NCBI RefSeq assembly: GCF_009914755.1
Contig: NC_060941.1
DNA length: 64,000 nucleotides
Reading direction: 5' to 3' (one strand)
From: the human T2T-CHM13v2.0 reference genome, Homo sapiens
Shown here one piece after another: positions 40,888-56,222 of this stretch. Each line of letters opens with the position of its first letter. Position 1 is the first letter of the stretch. The notes under the pieces are model-generated. The model did no database searches and had not been told where the DNA came from. It was given only the letters and a program-made list of their open reading frames with translations. The position numbers were made by a program, and so were the translations under genes.

Positions 40888-41475
40888 GGACCACACTGCC
40901 ATCACAAAGGCCCACACTGCCATCACAGAGGACCACACTGCCATCACGAAGGCCCACTCTGCTATCACAAAGGACCACACTGCCATCACAGAGGACCACA
41001 CTGCCATCACAAAGGCCCACGCTGCCATCACAAAGGCCCACGCTGCCATCACAAAGGACCACACTGCCGTCACAGAGGCCCACGCTGCCGTCACAGAGGC
41101 CCACGCTGCCGTCACAGAGGCCCACGCTGCCATCACAAAGGCCCACGCTGCCGTCACAAAGGCCCACTCTGCCGTCACAGAGGCCCACTCTGCCATCACA
41201 GAGGCCCACGCTGCCGTCACAGAGGCCCACGCTGCCGTCACAGAGGCCCACGCTGCCGTCACAGAGGCCCACGCTGCCGTCACAAAGGCCCACGCTGCCA
41301 TCACAGAGGCCCACTCTGCCGTCACAGAGGCCCACGCTGCCGTCACAGAGGCCCACGCTGCCGTCACAGAGGCCCACACTGCCGTCACAAAGGACCACAC
41401 TGCCATCAAAAAGGACCACACTGCCATCAAAAAGGACCACACTGCCATCAAAAAGGACCACACTGCCATCACAAA
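40888..41475 (+). repeat. 21-bp VNTR, 28 copies, consensus ~GG(A/C)CCAC(G/A/T)CTGCC(G/A)TCACA(G/A)A, in MXRA7 intron 1
   Basis: 28 heptad units counted in ORF 40837..41604 (GPxCxHx). Confidence 0.97.
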
Positions 41476-42250
41476 GGCAGGAGAGATGATGGGGAAGTTC
41501 ACCTGCTCCTGGGTCATTCTGGGAAGGCTGGGGTCTCTGTAGCTTCCAGAGCCCACACCTATGGTGAACAGGTTGGTGAGGGCAGAGGACACAGGTGGAC
41601 CTGACAGCAGGGTGACTTCAGGGGAACCAGGGCCAAGTCACATGGTTAAGACAGACAGATGAAGGCTGTGCTACCCACTCAGACCACCACCTCCAGAGTG
41701 TCTGAAAAACCAACCCCTTTCCCAAGAAATTTCCCAAAGAAGAATGTTGGCTTCTTTGTTCCAACATTCTCTTTTGAAAAATTCCAAACCTACAGAAAAG
41801 TTGAAATAATAATACAATGAATACCATACACCCTTCACCTAGATTCACCAATGGTTAACATTTTGCCATCTTTGCATTCTCTCTCTATACACACCCACAC
41901 TGTGTGTGTGTGTGCATGTAACTATTTGAATCATGACATGTCATCCCAAAATGTTTCAGCCTGCATCTTCCTAAGGATAAGGACATTGTTTACACAGCCA
42001 TCTGCCGGTATCGTACACAAAAAATTCAGCGTTGATTCAATAAGCTTACCTAACACAGCCATTCATTTAAAAAATGTCTCAATTATCTCCAGTATGTCCT
42101 TTATAGCTCCCTTCTCTGATGGAGAATCCAATCAAGGATCAAGATTGTATTTATTTGTCATATTGCTTTAATCTCCTAAATCCCAATTAAATCTAGAAGA
42201 GTCTCTGTGTGCTTCATGACACCGGCCCACTGCCTTGCAGGAAGTCCCTA

Positions 42251-42281
<31 letters not shown>

Positions 42282-42404
42282 GAGATGGAGTCTCGTTCTG
42301 TTGCCCAGGCTGGAGTGCAGTGGCACGATCTTGGCTCAACTGCAACCTCAGCCTCCTGGGGTCAAGTGATTCTCCTGCCTCAGTTTCCTGAGTAGATGGG
42401 ATGA

Positions 42405-42575
<171 letters not shown>

Positions 42576-45249
42576 TGAGCAGAGCTAGGCCCCAAGTACC
42601 GAGATACTTGAGTCCTGGCACAGACAAGAAATTTAACTCTAGTGCTATTCAAATGACCCTTGACGCTTTGCCAATTACCAATGTTTGGGAATCCGACCAT
42701 CCAGCCTTGCTCCAATCCACAAGTCCATTAGGTAAGAGGCCTGGCAATCCTAAAACCCCAACCTACACAGGAGCACCAAGAAAGCCCTGAGTCCTGGCCT
42801 GAAAAGAGGCCGGCTCCTGTTCTTGACTTCGTTGGCTCATGATTCTTTGCGTGAACAGGCCTTGCCTATAATGCTTCCTCACAGCCCACCCTGTGCTAAT
42901 CCTTAGGAGAGAAAAGAGGTTCTAGCAGTATCATTCCGCTTCTCCTCAGCCTCCCTGCCCTGGCCTGTGCTGCCCTGGGGAAGCAAGAGCTGCACTGATC
43001 TCATCCCCATTTCTTTGGTCCATTTCCAGGGTCTCGGCCTATAGTAGCCCCTCCCCACTACTTTGTCCTTGGCCAAAGAGGGCACCGTGCACTAGGGGAC
43101 GCTCCTGAGCGATCCCCAATAGCAGCTGAAGGCTGCTTCCCGGGGCGAGAGATCCTTCTCAATAATCAGCTTTGTAGTCAGAGGCAGCAGCTGCCCCAGC
43201 CCGCCCAGGCCTCCCTGGGAAGGGAGAGGACTGGATTAGAAAGTAGGCAGTTAATGGAAAATGAAGAGGGAGGGGAGAGGTGAGTTACACGCTGCTCCCC
43301 AGGGCAGTGACTTCCGAGCTAACAGCAGGTGGAGTTGCCCTCCTCCCTCGCTGTTGGTGGGGTTCGCTTAGGGACGGAGGGAGAAGGAGGCTGGCAGAAG
43401 GCATAGCCCCACTTCCCAACCCTGATTTGAGTTATCTTCCCCAGGGGGCCTTTCTCCCTATCTGTCCTCCAAGCCCCAGCAGTGTGATCATCAGAAGAAA
43501 GCACTGGAAGCTCTTGGAAACGCTGGAGTCCACTTCAGGACAATTTGTTTTCCTTTCTTTTTTTTCTTGTCACTGACTCGAAGCTCATCAAGACAATTTC
43601 TAAGCAGCTTCTTAGGTTAATGCCACCACTGGGAGTGGGTGGGATGACACAATATCTGTGTCCCCACAGCACCTGGCTTAATGTTTGCAGGCAGGAGTTT
43701 TGGGGGAGCTTTGGCCAGCTCAGGAAGGCCTGGGGACTTGAACCCAAAGGGGAAGGGCACTGACTTCAATTGAATTCTCCTGTGGGGTGGGTTCTCTCTG
43801 GAGGGTGCCTTAGCGGGAGGACAGACACAAGCCTCAAGTCATCCTCACCGGCACCTATGTCATGGGGGCTGCCTGGCACGCGAACCCCCATACTGCCTTG
43901 TCCTTCAGAGCACCCATTCAGCTTCAGAGGACGTGCATTCACCCAGACAGTGGCAAATTATGCGAGTGGCCCTATTTAAACACCACTGAACCTATTCCTG
44001 TAGGTACCATGTGCTGAGAGCCGAAAGCCTTGTAGAAAGTTCTTTAAGCGCTGTGCCCCGCAGGATTGAGCTAAGACAGGGCGCCGCTAAAGGACATTTT
44101 GCACTTCAGTCCAGAGCCTGGTGTGGGTGATAAAGGGCCAGCCCTGTAAGGCCAGGACTGACTGAGTGTGCATGACGGCTCCAGAACTGTCTAAAGGCCT
44201 CTCCTGCTCCCGCGAGACCTCGATGGAGGCAGGAATCCCAAATATGGGAGCAAACACAACAGATCAGCACATGTCCAAACCGCGCCCCCTCCACCATCAC
44301 CGCGTGAGGTCTGGAAGCCCACCCCAAGCAAGAACGGCAGGGCCTGCCCCTGCTCCACCCCATTAAATGTGGCTGGTTAGAATCCTCTCTAATGACACAA
44401 TTAGTCACCCACTTGTCAAGCAAAGCGCCTGCTCAGAGGGGGTCTGGCGCACTTACTCAGCAAAGAGAAATGCCTCTGAGCACAGCCTGGCTGCCTCCTC
44501 CTCCCCCGAAGGGCTTCTCTCCAGGGTAAACCATTGTGTCCAGCACAGGACAGAGTGGGCACGCAGACACGCAGGCACGCTGACAACGCGCATCCCGGCT
44601 CTCCTCCCTTCCAAGAAAAGGAGCTCAGGGGTAAGAACAAGGGATTACAATCCGACTCGGAGACCCTGGCGGTGGCCTGGACCGGCCAAGCGTGGTGAAC
44701 TCCAGGGAACATGGGCACACAGTGTAGGGGCTGGGATGAGTGGATGAGGGAAATCCGACTCCTCTCAGCTATCCACAGGCAGGACAAGGTGGCCAAGGCC
44801 GAGCTGATGGACAGCATGGCGGGAGGCCTGGGGCAGAGGCAGGGAGGGCCGCTTTGGGGTGCTCACTGGTGCTCCAGGAGGGCTTTATCCTGCATCTTCA
44901 CTCCATCCAGGCCCAGCTTACCTACAACCCGGGGGAGTGGGGGTAGGAGGGTGTTAGATGTGTAGCTTGAAAACGACAATAAAAAGGACTGCTGGGATCG
45001 GGTGCCTCTTCTTTCAGTCCCAGCCCACGGGCTTCACAAAACGCCACAGCACTGACTCTGAAATCTGGACTTCAAATTGGCTGAAAAAGAAAAGCCAGCT
45101 TTCCTCCCTCGCCCCCCGAAAGTCCTACTTTTTAAACATCAAGATAACTCTCATGGCAGGCCTGGAAATAAGCCACAGGCACGTGGATTTGGGAACCGGT
45201 GGGCGGGAGGGGTCAGAAGTGGGTGAGGAGCAAAATTCCAAGCCCTGGT

Positions 45250-46150
45250 CCCGAGGCCTGGGAGCCAGCAGCTGCGGAGCACGCCCTGGGCTGGGAGAGG
45301 CCGAGGGGAGGGGAGAGCAAAACACCTCCAAACAAACTCCTTCGGGCTCGCCCCTCGCCACACTTTCTGGGGGAGGGCGGCGAGTTTGCGGGGCTGCGGC
45401 TTAGCATGGCGGGACCTGCATTTCCTGCGGGCCGCGGGTTCTGCGCTTCCTGGGGGCAGCCTGGGCTGGAGGCCGCGGCCCCGCTCCCTGGCTCGGCGGG
45501 GAACGGCAGCGGCAGCCGGAGCCCCGGGGGTGGGGAGGGGGCCGCGAGGGCCCCGGTGCGTACCTGCCTCGCCTCCACCGCCTGCTCCTCCGCCTCCGCT
45601 GGCGCCGCCGCGGGATCCCCTGGCCCTTCGGGCTCCCCCGGTCCCGCAGGCTCCCCGAGCTCCCCCAGCCCCGCGGGCTCTCCAGGCTCCTCCGGCCCCG
45701 CGGGCGAGGCCGCCGGCTCGGGGGCGCAGGGGCGGGACGGCGCCGGGGCCCCGGTGGCCTCGGCCGGGGGCGCGGGTTCCGGGGGCGCGCGGGCAGGCCC
45801 CGGGCTCGCGGCCGCCCCACGCCGCACCAGTAGCCAGGCGAGCAGAAGGGCCAGCGCGGTGGCCAGCGCAGGCAGCGCGGCCAGGAGCTCGGCCGGCGCC
45901 TCCATCGCGCCGCGGCCGCCGAGTGCCGGCCAGCTGGGACCCCGAGGGAGCCCGCCGCGCCCCGTCGCCGCGCCCGGTCGCCGCGCCCCGCCTCGGGGCG
46001 GAGCCCCCATCGCCGCGCCCCGCCCCCGCCCCCTCCGGCCCCGGGAGGGTGACGCACAGGCTGCGGGCGGGGGTGTTGAGGGGGCAGAGCCCTGACCACC
46101 TGGGAGGCACAGGAGGGCCAACCCCTGCCCGGCCTGGGCAGCCTTGACGC
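45250..46150 (-). promoter_or_regulatory. MXRA7: MXRA7 CpG-island promoter / first exon
   Basis: Very high GC and CpG density. Several GC boxes (GGGGCGG/CCGCCCC) at ~45985-46035. Confidence 0.9.
45564..45905 (-). CDS. MXRA7: MXRA7 coding exon 1 (aa 1-114): N-terminal hydrophobic anchor plus Pro/Ala/Glu/Gly-rich stalk
   Basis: ATG at 45905-45903 in strong context (gcgATGg). Translates MEAPAELLAALPALATALALLLAWLLVRRG...AVEARQ. Donor CAG|GTACGC, phase 0, 342 nt. Lies in a CpG island. Confidence 0.96.
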
Positions 46151-47106
46151 TTTGGGGCACAATTTAGCTCAGGTTCAATTTGAAATACTGTATGAGGTGC
46201 CCTTAGGTTGTCATCTTTGGCCTTAGTACGGCGGTTCATCTTAGAGCATTTTGGAAATGTGGGAATGCAGAGAGACAAGCAAACCCGGGAAGCTTCATGG
46301 AAACGGCAGCCTGGATTGGCTTGTAAAGCAATCATAATGCCGGATTACGTTCAGCCACTGCCGTTTTTATAGGCATGTCAGGAGTTGCTTTTAATCCTCA
46401 GGGTTGCCTTAATGCACTTTCACAGAGGACATCTCCAGATCCCGGCCAGTGAATGCTCCCTTCGGAGCTGAGGCCAGCAGCCTTCAACACAGGCCTCCCT
46501 GTTAACAGTAACATGGCTCCCCCGCCCCTAGACCTGAAATTCAGCTGCAGGTCCTTGGTCAACGCTATTCCTCTTACCAGACTTTCTTCTTTGCACAATT
46601 CCAGAATGCATGCAGGGTGGGAGGGTACAATGAAGGAAATGAAGGCTATTGTTTTTGTTTCTCCAGATCCTCCCAGGCCTCTGTTGCTGAACAGTGGATT
46701 TTGAGATAAATACGTTGTAACCAAAAACATACTTTCCTACCACTCCCCACCCACTCTTTAGTTATTTTAAATAAACACAGGACGGGCATGTCAGGTATCA
46801 CGCCAAACATAAGGCCTAATGTTAAAAAAAACACGGTTCCAGTTTTTGCTGAGGATGCCTTTAATACTTTTTTGGGAATATTACAGTGCCTGAGCTGATC
46901 TGTGATATAAACCAGATATTAGATGGAGTGCTTCTTTTTAAATGAAGATATACAAACGAGACCCCTCAGCAACAGGGAGAGCTGAATTCTGCTGCACTGC
47001 ACGATATTAAGCGGGCCATGCACTTCCTTTTAGTGGTGGTTGATGAAAAGAGCCTATAAACTATAAAATGTGAAATAGGCTTTATCTACGGGCGACTAGC
47101 TTTTAA

Positions 47107-47259
<153 letters not shown>

Positions 47260-49795
47260 TGAGTAGCTGGGATTACAGGCGCCCACCACCATGCCCGGCT
47301 AATTTTTTTCTGTTTTTAGTAGACAGGGTTTCACCGTGTTGGCCAGACTGGTCTTGAACTCCTGACCTCAGGCAATCTGCCTGCCTCAGCCTCCCAAAGT
47401 GTTGGGATTACAGGCGTGAGCCTCCGCGCCCAGCCAATTTTTTTTTTTTTTTTTTTAAAGAGACAGGGTCTTTCTTTCTTTCTTTTTTTTTTTTAAAGAG
47501 ACAGGGTCTCACTATGTTGCCCAGGCTGGAGTGCAGTGGCTATTCACAGGCATGATCATAGCTTTCTGCAGCCTCGACATCCTGGGCTCAAGTGATCCTC
47601 CTGCCTTAGCCTCTTGGGCAGCTGGGATTACAGGTGTGCATCAATGCTCCTGGCCCAGGGCCTTAATTTTGTGCTCCATCCCATTGTTTTAAAGTGTAAA
47701 TACATTTTTTTAAAGTCCTGTTCTGCTGACAAAGTACATTGTTGACTTTCAAATGAGTAAGAAAGAAAATAAGGACAAAACAATGCCAAAAACACAACTC
47801 CAAATCATGTTGCTTTATTTAAAATGATGAACAAGTTTCACCCAAGTGAAAGTTTAAAATACCAACCCAATAGCAGATCCACAGGCTTTCATGGCAGACC
47901 CCATGGCTAGACGGACGCAGAACTAGGAGACTGCTCAGTGTTCTGACAACTCCAGGAGGCACGAGTGTGCAGAAGACAGTCCCAGTTCTTCTGTAGCATC
48001 CAGTCACTTTGGAGACAGCTGGCCAGGGCTAGCTCTCCTCCCAGGAGGTTCACTGGGGCTTAGATGACATTTCTTTTTTTTTAAAGACAGAGTCTCGGTC
48101 TGTCACCCAGGCTGGAGTGGCTTGATCTCAGCTCACTGCAACCTCTGCCTCCTGGGTTCAAGTGATTCTCCTGCCTGAGTTGACCAAGTAGCTGGGACTA
48201 CAGGCATGTGCCACCACACCTGGCTAATTTTTGTATTTTTAGTAGAGACGGGGTTTCACCGTGTTGGCCAGGCTGGTCTTGAACTCCTGACCTCAAGTGA
48301 TCCACCTGCCATGGCCTCCCAAAGTGCTGGGATTACAGGGGTGAGCTACGGCGCCTGGCCGAAATTTCTGAACAATGAGACAAAGTTGAGAGCCACCGCC
48401 TGGGGGTGCAAGCTCACCTAGTTTTGCTGCATAGGATGTCACATCTTGACACAAGCTAGTGGGAGGGGAGTGTGGAAGAAGCCGCCAGACTCCACTTCAA
48501 ATCTACCAGCAATACCAGTACACACATCAAAAACAACTTACTCGTGGAAATACTACAGACAATCTAAAGAACCTACAGCTGGGGCATCCTTATACGCCTT
48601 CCTCCTACACAGCATTTTTTACATTTACTGCAAAAATTTTGTTCCATCCTATACTCGTCTAAAGTCCTAAATCCAAGGCTCAGTCTCTAGTAAGCTTATA
48701 AAGCATTTGCACCAGCAACCTTCCCACAGATCCTTAGTTTTGCTACTTTATGAAGAAGCTGTTACTACCTTAAGTATACATTGGTGTTAATTATGCTCTT
48801 TCATGTAGATCCGTTACACCTGCATTTAAGAAGGTCTGCACTTTCTTCTACCTGCCCTCACCAGCGGCCCTGTGAACAGCCGCAACAGCCGCACATTCAC
48901 TGTCCATTAAGCTTGTGGAGCTTGTCAGGGACCTGGGCTTGTCACCGTTATCTCCAGCACCTCAAGAGCAGTGCCTGGCCCTCAAACACCTATTGAACGC
49001 TTGAATTATTAAGACACGGACAGCTGCAAGAATACAGCAAAATGTGAATGTCCCTCTTTTCAGTGGCTCTCCCCTCAAGGATGTCACCCTAAACATCCCA
49101 GTACCACTAATGGCAGAGGCATGTGTGTGAAGCATGGATTCTTCCAGCTGATGGTGAAGCCTCATCCCCAAAGACCCAGGGTCCTCCTGATGTTCTAGGT
49201 CCCCAACTCTTCTCTCTCCCACTCTGGTCCTTCCATCAGAAGTTAATAATCCAAGATCCCTTCTTCCAGGACCCAGCTCTTTGGTTTTAAGATCTGCTGT
49301 CATCTTGGAGAATCATCCCTGAAAATAATCTAACATTATCTCCTTCACTTTACTGTTGTTGGCACCATTCAATGGAGTAGCTCACGCCAGATGGGAAGAG
49401 GAGTTAACTTCTGAACAAGTGGTCTCTGGGTACCCACTCTTCCTAGTCTACCTTGGCCACCCGCCACCACTCCACTCCTTTTCCACACACGGTTTCCCCA
49501 CCTTGCCCCTGTTGTGCTTACATAACGGACAGCCTGGCTAGCCCACAGAGACAGTAACGGGGGTTGGGGAATAGGGCTGCTGAATCCCTGGCCTGGCAGG
49601 AATAAACAAAGCATGTCCCAGGAGCACAGAATCTGTACTATCCAGACACTGTACTATCCAGAGATGACTTGGGCCTATCAGATATGTTATTCCCCTCATT
49701 TCTGGAATACTGTTATCAAACAGGAATCAACTTTAGCATCTGGAGAAAGAAAACTGGGTGGCTAATCTTTATTTTCTAGATTATTATTTTTTTGA

Positions 49796-50023
<228 letters not shown>

Positions 50024-51648
50024 TAAACTGAAGTTTAGAGGAGTTGTTGATAGAAAACTGAAAGGAAGGTAAGGAAAAAGGGCAAGCGTGGCAGCACAGG
50101 AGCAATGCTGGGAAAAAGAAAAAAGCTTTTTATAGATGGCAAGAAAAGTCTTTTTAAAAAGCAGGAGTAGCAACACCACTCAGATATTACTACCAAGAGA
50201 TTATACATTCAGAGTTTGACTTTACTCACACCCAAACACATCCTGTGCCCACCACAGAACCAAGGGGGCTGTGGGCGTGGGGGTAAGGAGGGAGAGCAGC
50301 CCCCATGGCAGGCAGGCAGCACAGTTCTACCTACCCAGCCACATACTGGGGTTGGCATTTGAGGATGCAGAAAATTGAACTAAGACAAAAATAGAGAACC
50401 AGCCTCCTAGAGTAAAGCCACATGACCCAATGTCAGGAAATGACAGTCTGTTAATAACAGTGAGCAGAGACCTGTATTTTCCTGGTTACACCTGTTTCTA
50501 GTGGATATTTTGAGAGGCAACAGCACACAATTCTAACACATCCACACACAGCCTCCCTGCCTGTGAACACTGCAGTGAGAGCTCCTTCCCACCTGCCTGC
50601 CAATGCCTCCAACGCTCCAGCCCAGGCAGTGCTTCCAAGTGCGCCCCATGGCCTTGACAACCCCTCTTATTGAAGTTTAGTTGAATTTAGGGACAAATTA
50701 AGGCAAGCAGGTGAATCAAGAGGGCAAGAGATGGCATCTGCTGGTCAATCCCCAAAAAGTCATCCAGTTAGTTATTTAGAAGTATCAACAGACTGCAAAG
50801 ACTACAGGTGCCATCTCTGAATTTACTCCCCGTGTGTAACACAAGTCACCCACTTAACGTCTGTAGGTCAAACAAATGGGGAACGCTAATCTCAGAGTAC
50901 CTCGCAAAGTGAGCACTTCTTATGGATCCCATGGTGCGGAAGAATGGAGCCTATTCATACTTTAAGTTCTGTGGTAAGAGCACATTGCACACCGTTCCCA
51001 CTCTATGCAAACAAAAAACCCCAATGTATCACCCCCCCACAAAAAAATACACTGTACAAAAACACCCCTGAAATTTCAGTCTCTATGATGATGGAGAAAA
51101 AGATAAGGAATCCTAAGACAGACTGAGCAGTGGGTGATGGTGATGGTGCTGGGTCACTGCCACTGAATGCATTTGTGGGCTGATGATGACATACAGGAAG
51201 AAGGGCAGACTCCAAGTCCTTCCGACACATAATTGGCTCACAAAGTCCACTCACCACTCTCAGTCTCTGTGGTACACAGCTGGCTCTGTGGAAACTCCTT
51301 ACCGACATCCGTGAGGTAACAGACACAAGACGTTACAAGGATCACACCCTGCCAGCCTTGTGGTTGACTGGCTCGGTTTTCAATGAGACAGCACAGAACC
51401 TTCTTACCCAACATCCCATTAGCTTCAGTGTTTCACTGAGCTGGCCGAGCTGTTAAATTTCTTGATAATCTATCCTTAGGAAGCAGTAAAAACAGCATTT
51501 GACCGAAGATAGGAGCTTGGACCAGGGAAGGAATATCCAAATTCAAAGAAGACAGAGGAGAAGGTAGGAGCAGAAGATGCGAGAACTGAGTTGGGTGGCT
51601 GCCAAAAGCTTACGCTGAAAGCACCTCAGGGAGAGTCTCTTTATCTGC

Positions 51649-51685
51649 TCAGGGGTGAGCCCGGCCTCCACAAGTGTCCCTAATC
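51649..51685 (-). CDS. JMJD6: JMJD6 alternative exon 7 CDS (RIRDTCGGRAHP*, 414-aa isoform); long 3'UTR to ~47795
   Basis: Internal donor AG|GTGA overlaps the exon-6 stop codon (exon end 53694). Joins acceptor tttccttggcag|G in phase 2. AATAAA at 47819-47814. Confidence 0.85.
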
Positions 51686-52173
51686 CTGCCAAGGAAAGCA
51701 CAACTGCCTGTAATCAGCACGTAGACAGCATGCTGGGTACAAAGCTGGAAGGCAATGTTAAAAGCAAGACCCCCGGGACCCCACGTGGAAGTCATGGCAG
51801 GGCTTTCTCCAGAGTTTTCTTACAAATTACAAAGTCACAGATCAAGTGCAGATATAAATCTATAAATATGTAATAATAGAAACAAATTAAAAAGGCAGGA
51901 AGAGTCTAAGTATGGCTGTGAAAGGACATCGAGGGTTGAGAAATGCACATTCCAGTTTGATAAATTCACTTGAGTAAGTCACTTGAATTTCCCCATGGAA
52001 TTTCAGCTAAACCACAGAGAATGGAGGCCACGCGATAGGAGGGCTGCGGGTCCTGCACTTCCCCCATGCATTTAAGAAAGACTGAGCTGCTGGGAGAGAA
52101 AACGTTAACAGGAATGTCACCTTCAGCAGTCAAGGGCTTCAGACATTCAAAACCCTATGAACGTCAGTATTAA

Positions 52174-52305
<132 letters not shown>

Positions 52306-52690
52306 TAGCTTCAACTTCAGTATTTTACTATCTTCCAACAACCTCTCTTAACACTTCAACCAGCACATCAAAGACCTGTGGCATTTAAAGACCCTAGACA
52401 AATGCAGAGTGAACAAATTCCATTATGAGCCTGTTACATGCCCAGGTGCTTGCAAACACGTTTAAATTTTAACTTATTTAGGTCCAATCTTGTACTTGGA
52501 GACGTGATTAAGTTTTTATAAAAGCTGGGTGAGGTGGCTCATGCTTGTTGTAATAATCCTGCTGCTTTGGGAGGCTGAGGTGGGGGGATCACTTGAGGTG
52601 AGGAGTTCAAGACCAGCCTGGGCAACACAGAGAGACTTTGTCACTACTAAAAATAATAAAAAAAATTAGCTGGCCGGGCATGGTGGCTCA

Positions 52691-53190
<500 letters not shown>

Positions 53191-53689
53191 TCAAGCAGCA
53201 ACGGCAAACTGGGAGAAAAAGCAAGAGGCCACGCCTCAGGTTCTGCAGAAGATGCCGGGTGACTTTTCCAATGGCTCTCCCTACGCTGCTGGGACGACGA
53301 CTCTGTGGTCAAGGATGCACAGCAGGAGTCACTGCTTTCCCCCAAGACCACCATGAGGAGAAGAGCAATAAGGGAATGTTCTGGTATTCTCAAAGGAAAA
53401 CATTTCCAAGATAGAAAATGGATTCAATTTTTATTAAATAATGTAAAGGATTTTCTTGGCACTATTCACATTCTCTTGCCTGAGTAAAACAAGCCGCGTT
53501 TATCTGCATTGGTAGCAGAGGGAAAGCTACTGGAGCAAACGCTAAGTGAATGGGTTCCCGTGCCGAGGGTGTCCTCATTCTTGGGCTCTGTCAGGCCTCC
53601 CCTTGTCTGCAGGACTGGACAGGCCACCCTCCCCAGGCCCTGCCCTTGCCGCGAGCGTGTCCTTCCATACAGACAACAGCCTTGCTGGG

Positions 53690-53971
<282 letters not shown>

Positions 53972-54911
53972 TCATAGCCACCTCCTTGGATGTTCCTGGC
54001 TCCCTAAGAATTTCAAACTTCCCTCAGAGGCCAAGTATCCCTCCACTGTTCTCTTAACCGTGTGGTTATCTGTCTGAATAGGATACCCATTGTAAAAATC
54101 TTTTAGTCAGAATTCTGAAAGTACATTATAAGATTTCACTCTACCAACAGAGCTTGATATATGAAAGAAGTAGGTATAGCACTGAACATTCCCAGAGCCT
54201 GTTCCCCGCCTGACGAGAAAAGACTCAATCAGTAGACTGTGTGAAAAGACAGAATTTTTTTTTTTTGAGACAAAGTCTTACTCTGTCGCCCAGGCTGGAG
54301 TGCAGTGGTATGATCTTGGCTCACCGTAGCCTTCGCCTCCTGGGTTCAAGTGATTCTCCCACCTCAGCCTCCTGAGTAGCTGGGATTACAGGTGTGCACC
54401 ACCACACCCAACTAATTTTTGTGTTTTTAGTAGACATGGGATTTCATCATGTTGGCCAGGCTGGTCTTGAACTCCTGACCTCAAGTAATCTACCCACTTT
54501 AGCCTCCCAAAGTGTTGGGTTAACAGGCGTGAGCCACTGCGCCAGGCTGAGATAGAAATTTCATCTGTTAAAGGTGCAGGGCCCTCTCACCCAGTATTAC
54601 TGTCAGCTTCAAGTTTAAGGTTACTGGATTTGCTGAATTTCCAGGCTTACAATTCACCATCCATGGGGGAAATTCTTCATATGAGCTTTGAGGTCAGAAG
54701 GATGAGTTTGAAATCTGACACTGCTGCTTCATCTTGAGCCATTTACTTCACTAAATCCCCAAATACCCCTGATACCTCGAGGCTATTTTAACAATTCTTA
54801 GCCGGGCGCTGTGGCTCATGCCTGTAATCCCAGCACTTTGGGAGGCTGAGGCGGGTGGATCACCTGAAGTCAGGAGTTCGAGACCAGCCTGGTCAACACA
54901 GTGAAGCCCTA

Positions 54912-55120
<209 letters not shown>

Positions 55121-55196
55121 TCATGCACATGTGCGAAGCTGTAAAATGGGCAAGATACACCACTCAGCAGGAATGGTGACAACTGTGTAACCCTTA

Positions 55197-55481
<285 letters not shown>

Positions 55482-56222
55482 TCAGTGCACTGACAGCCAT
55501 ACCCACTCACAAAGACTCACTCAGAGTCGAGGCCTGTGTCTCTCAGAAACACCTGGGAATGCCAGGTGTGTCCGTTCAGAATGGATACTGTACAATGGTG
55601 AGGACAAAACCCCAGGCTGGGAACAAGAGAAACCCAATACGGTGCCCATGTTTTTCTGCAAGGAAAACTATACTAACTACACACAATTTACTACCACCTG
55701 CATAAATGAGCCAGCCGTGCCACCAATACACGAGGCACAATTTTCCTTAAGTTAGTCTTAGTTTTATTCCCTTAGGACAAAAAGTTTCTCTTCCTAGTTT
55801 TACTTCCTGAACCCTTCCCAGTTGATTTTTAAAAAAATCTTTCCTTTCCACAGCACAGCACATAATGATCAGAGTTGCATTGGTTAGATTCTATTTCTAA
55901 GAGTAGAAACAATTAGATTTGTAAGAAATACGAGGTGTCAAATAACAGAGATGGTCCCCCCTCACTGGGAGCGTAAAACTGAACTGAAGAGCAGCAGCCC
56001 TCCCCTTCAGAAACCTTATCTGGCATCCACTGTATCCAGTGACAAAAGACCTGTTGTATCATAAGGCCTGCGGTGTGACCAAATCACAGCACGCAGTGGC
56101 CTACGGGGCGGGGTAAGTGGGCCTCAGATGCCCAAGAGTCCAGGGAGAACAGAAGCCACCACCCTTACTGGCCCTCTCAGCAGGGAGGCTGAGCATGGAA
56201 CAAGCCAGAATCCCTCTCTTAC

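Noticed and set aside
40790-41604. 223-255 aa repetitive ORFs; array superficially CRISPR-like
   Set aside because: Head-to-tail 21-bp tandem repeat without spacers, in human DNA. The ORFs arise from the unit length being a multiple of 3.
45151-46335. Overlapping 253-394 aa ORFs on both strands at the MXRA7 5' end
   Set aside because: Stop-codon scarcity in a very GC-rich CpG island. Only the MEAPAELL frame has protein-like features and matching splice phases.
49632-49662. Short tandem duplications (CTGTACTATCCAGA x2; also GATGGCAGGAGGC x2 at 21692-21720)
   Set aside because: Ordinary slippage duplications with no supporting context.
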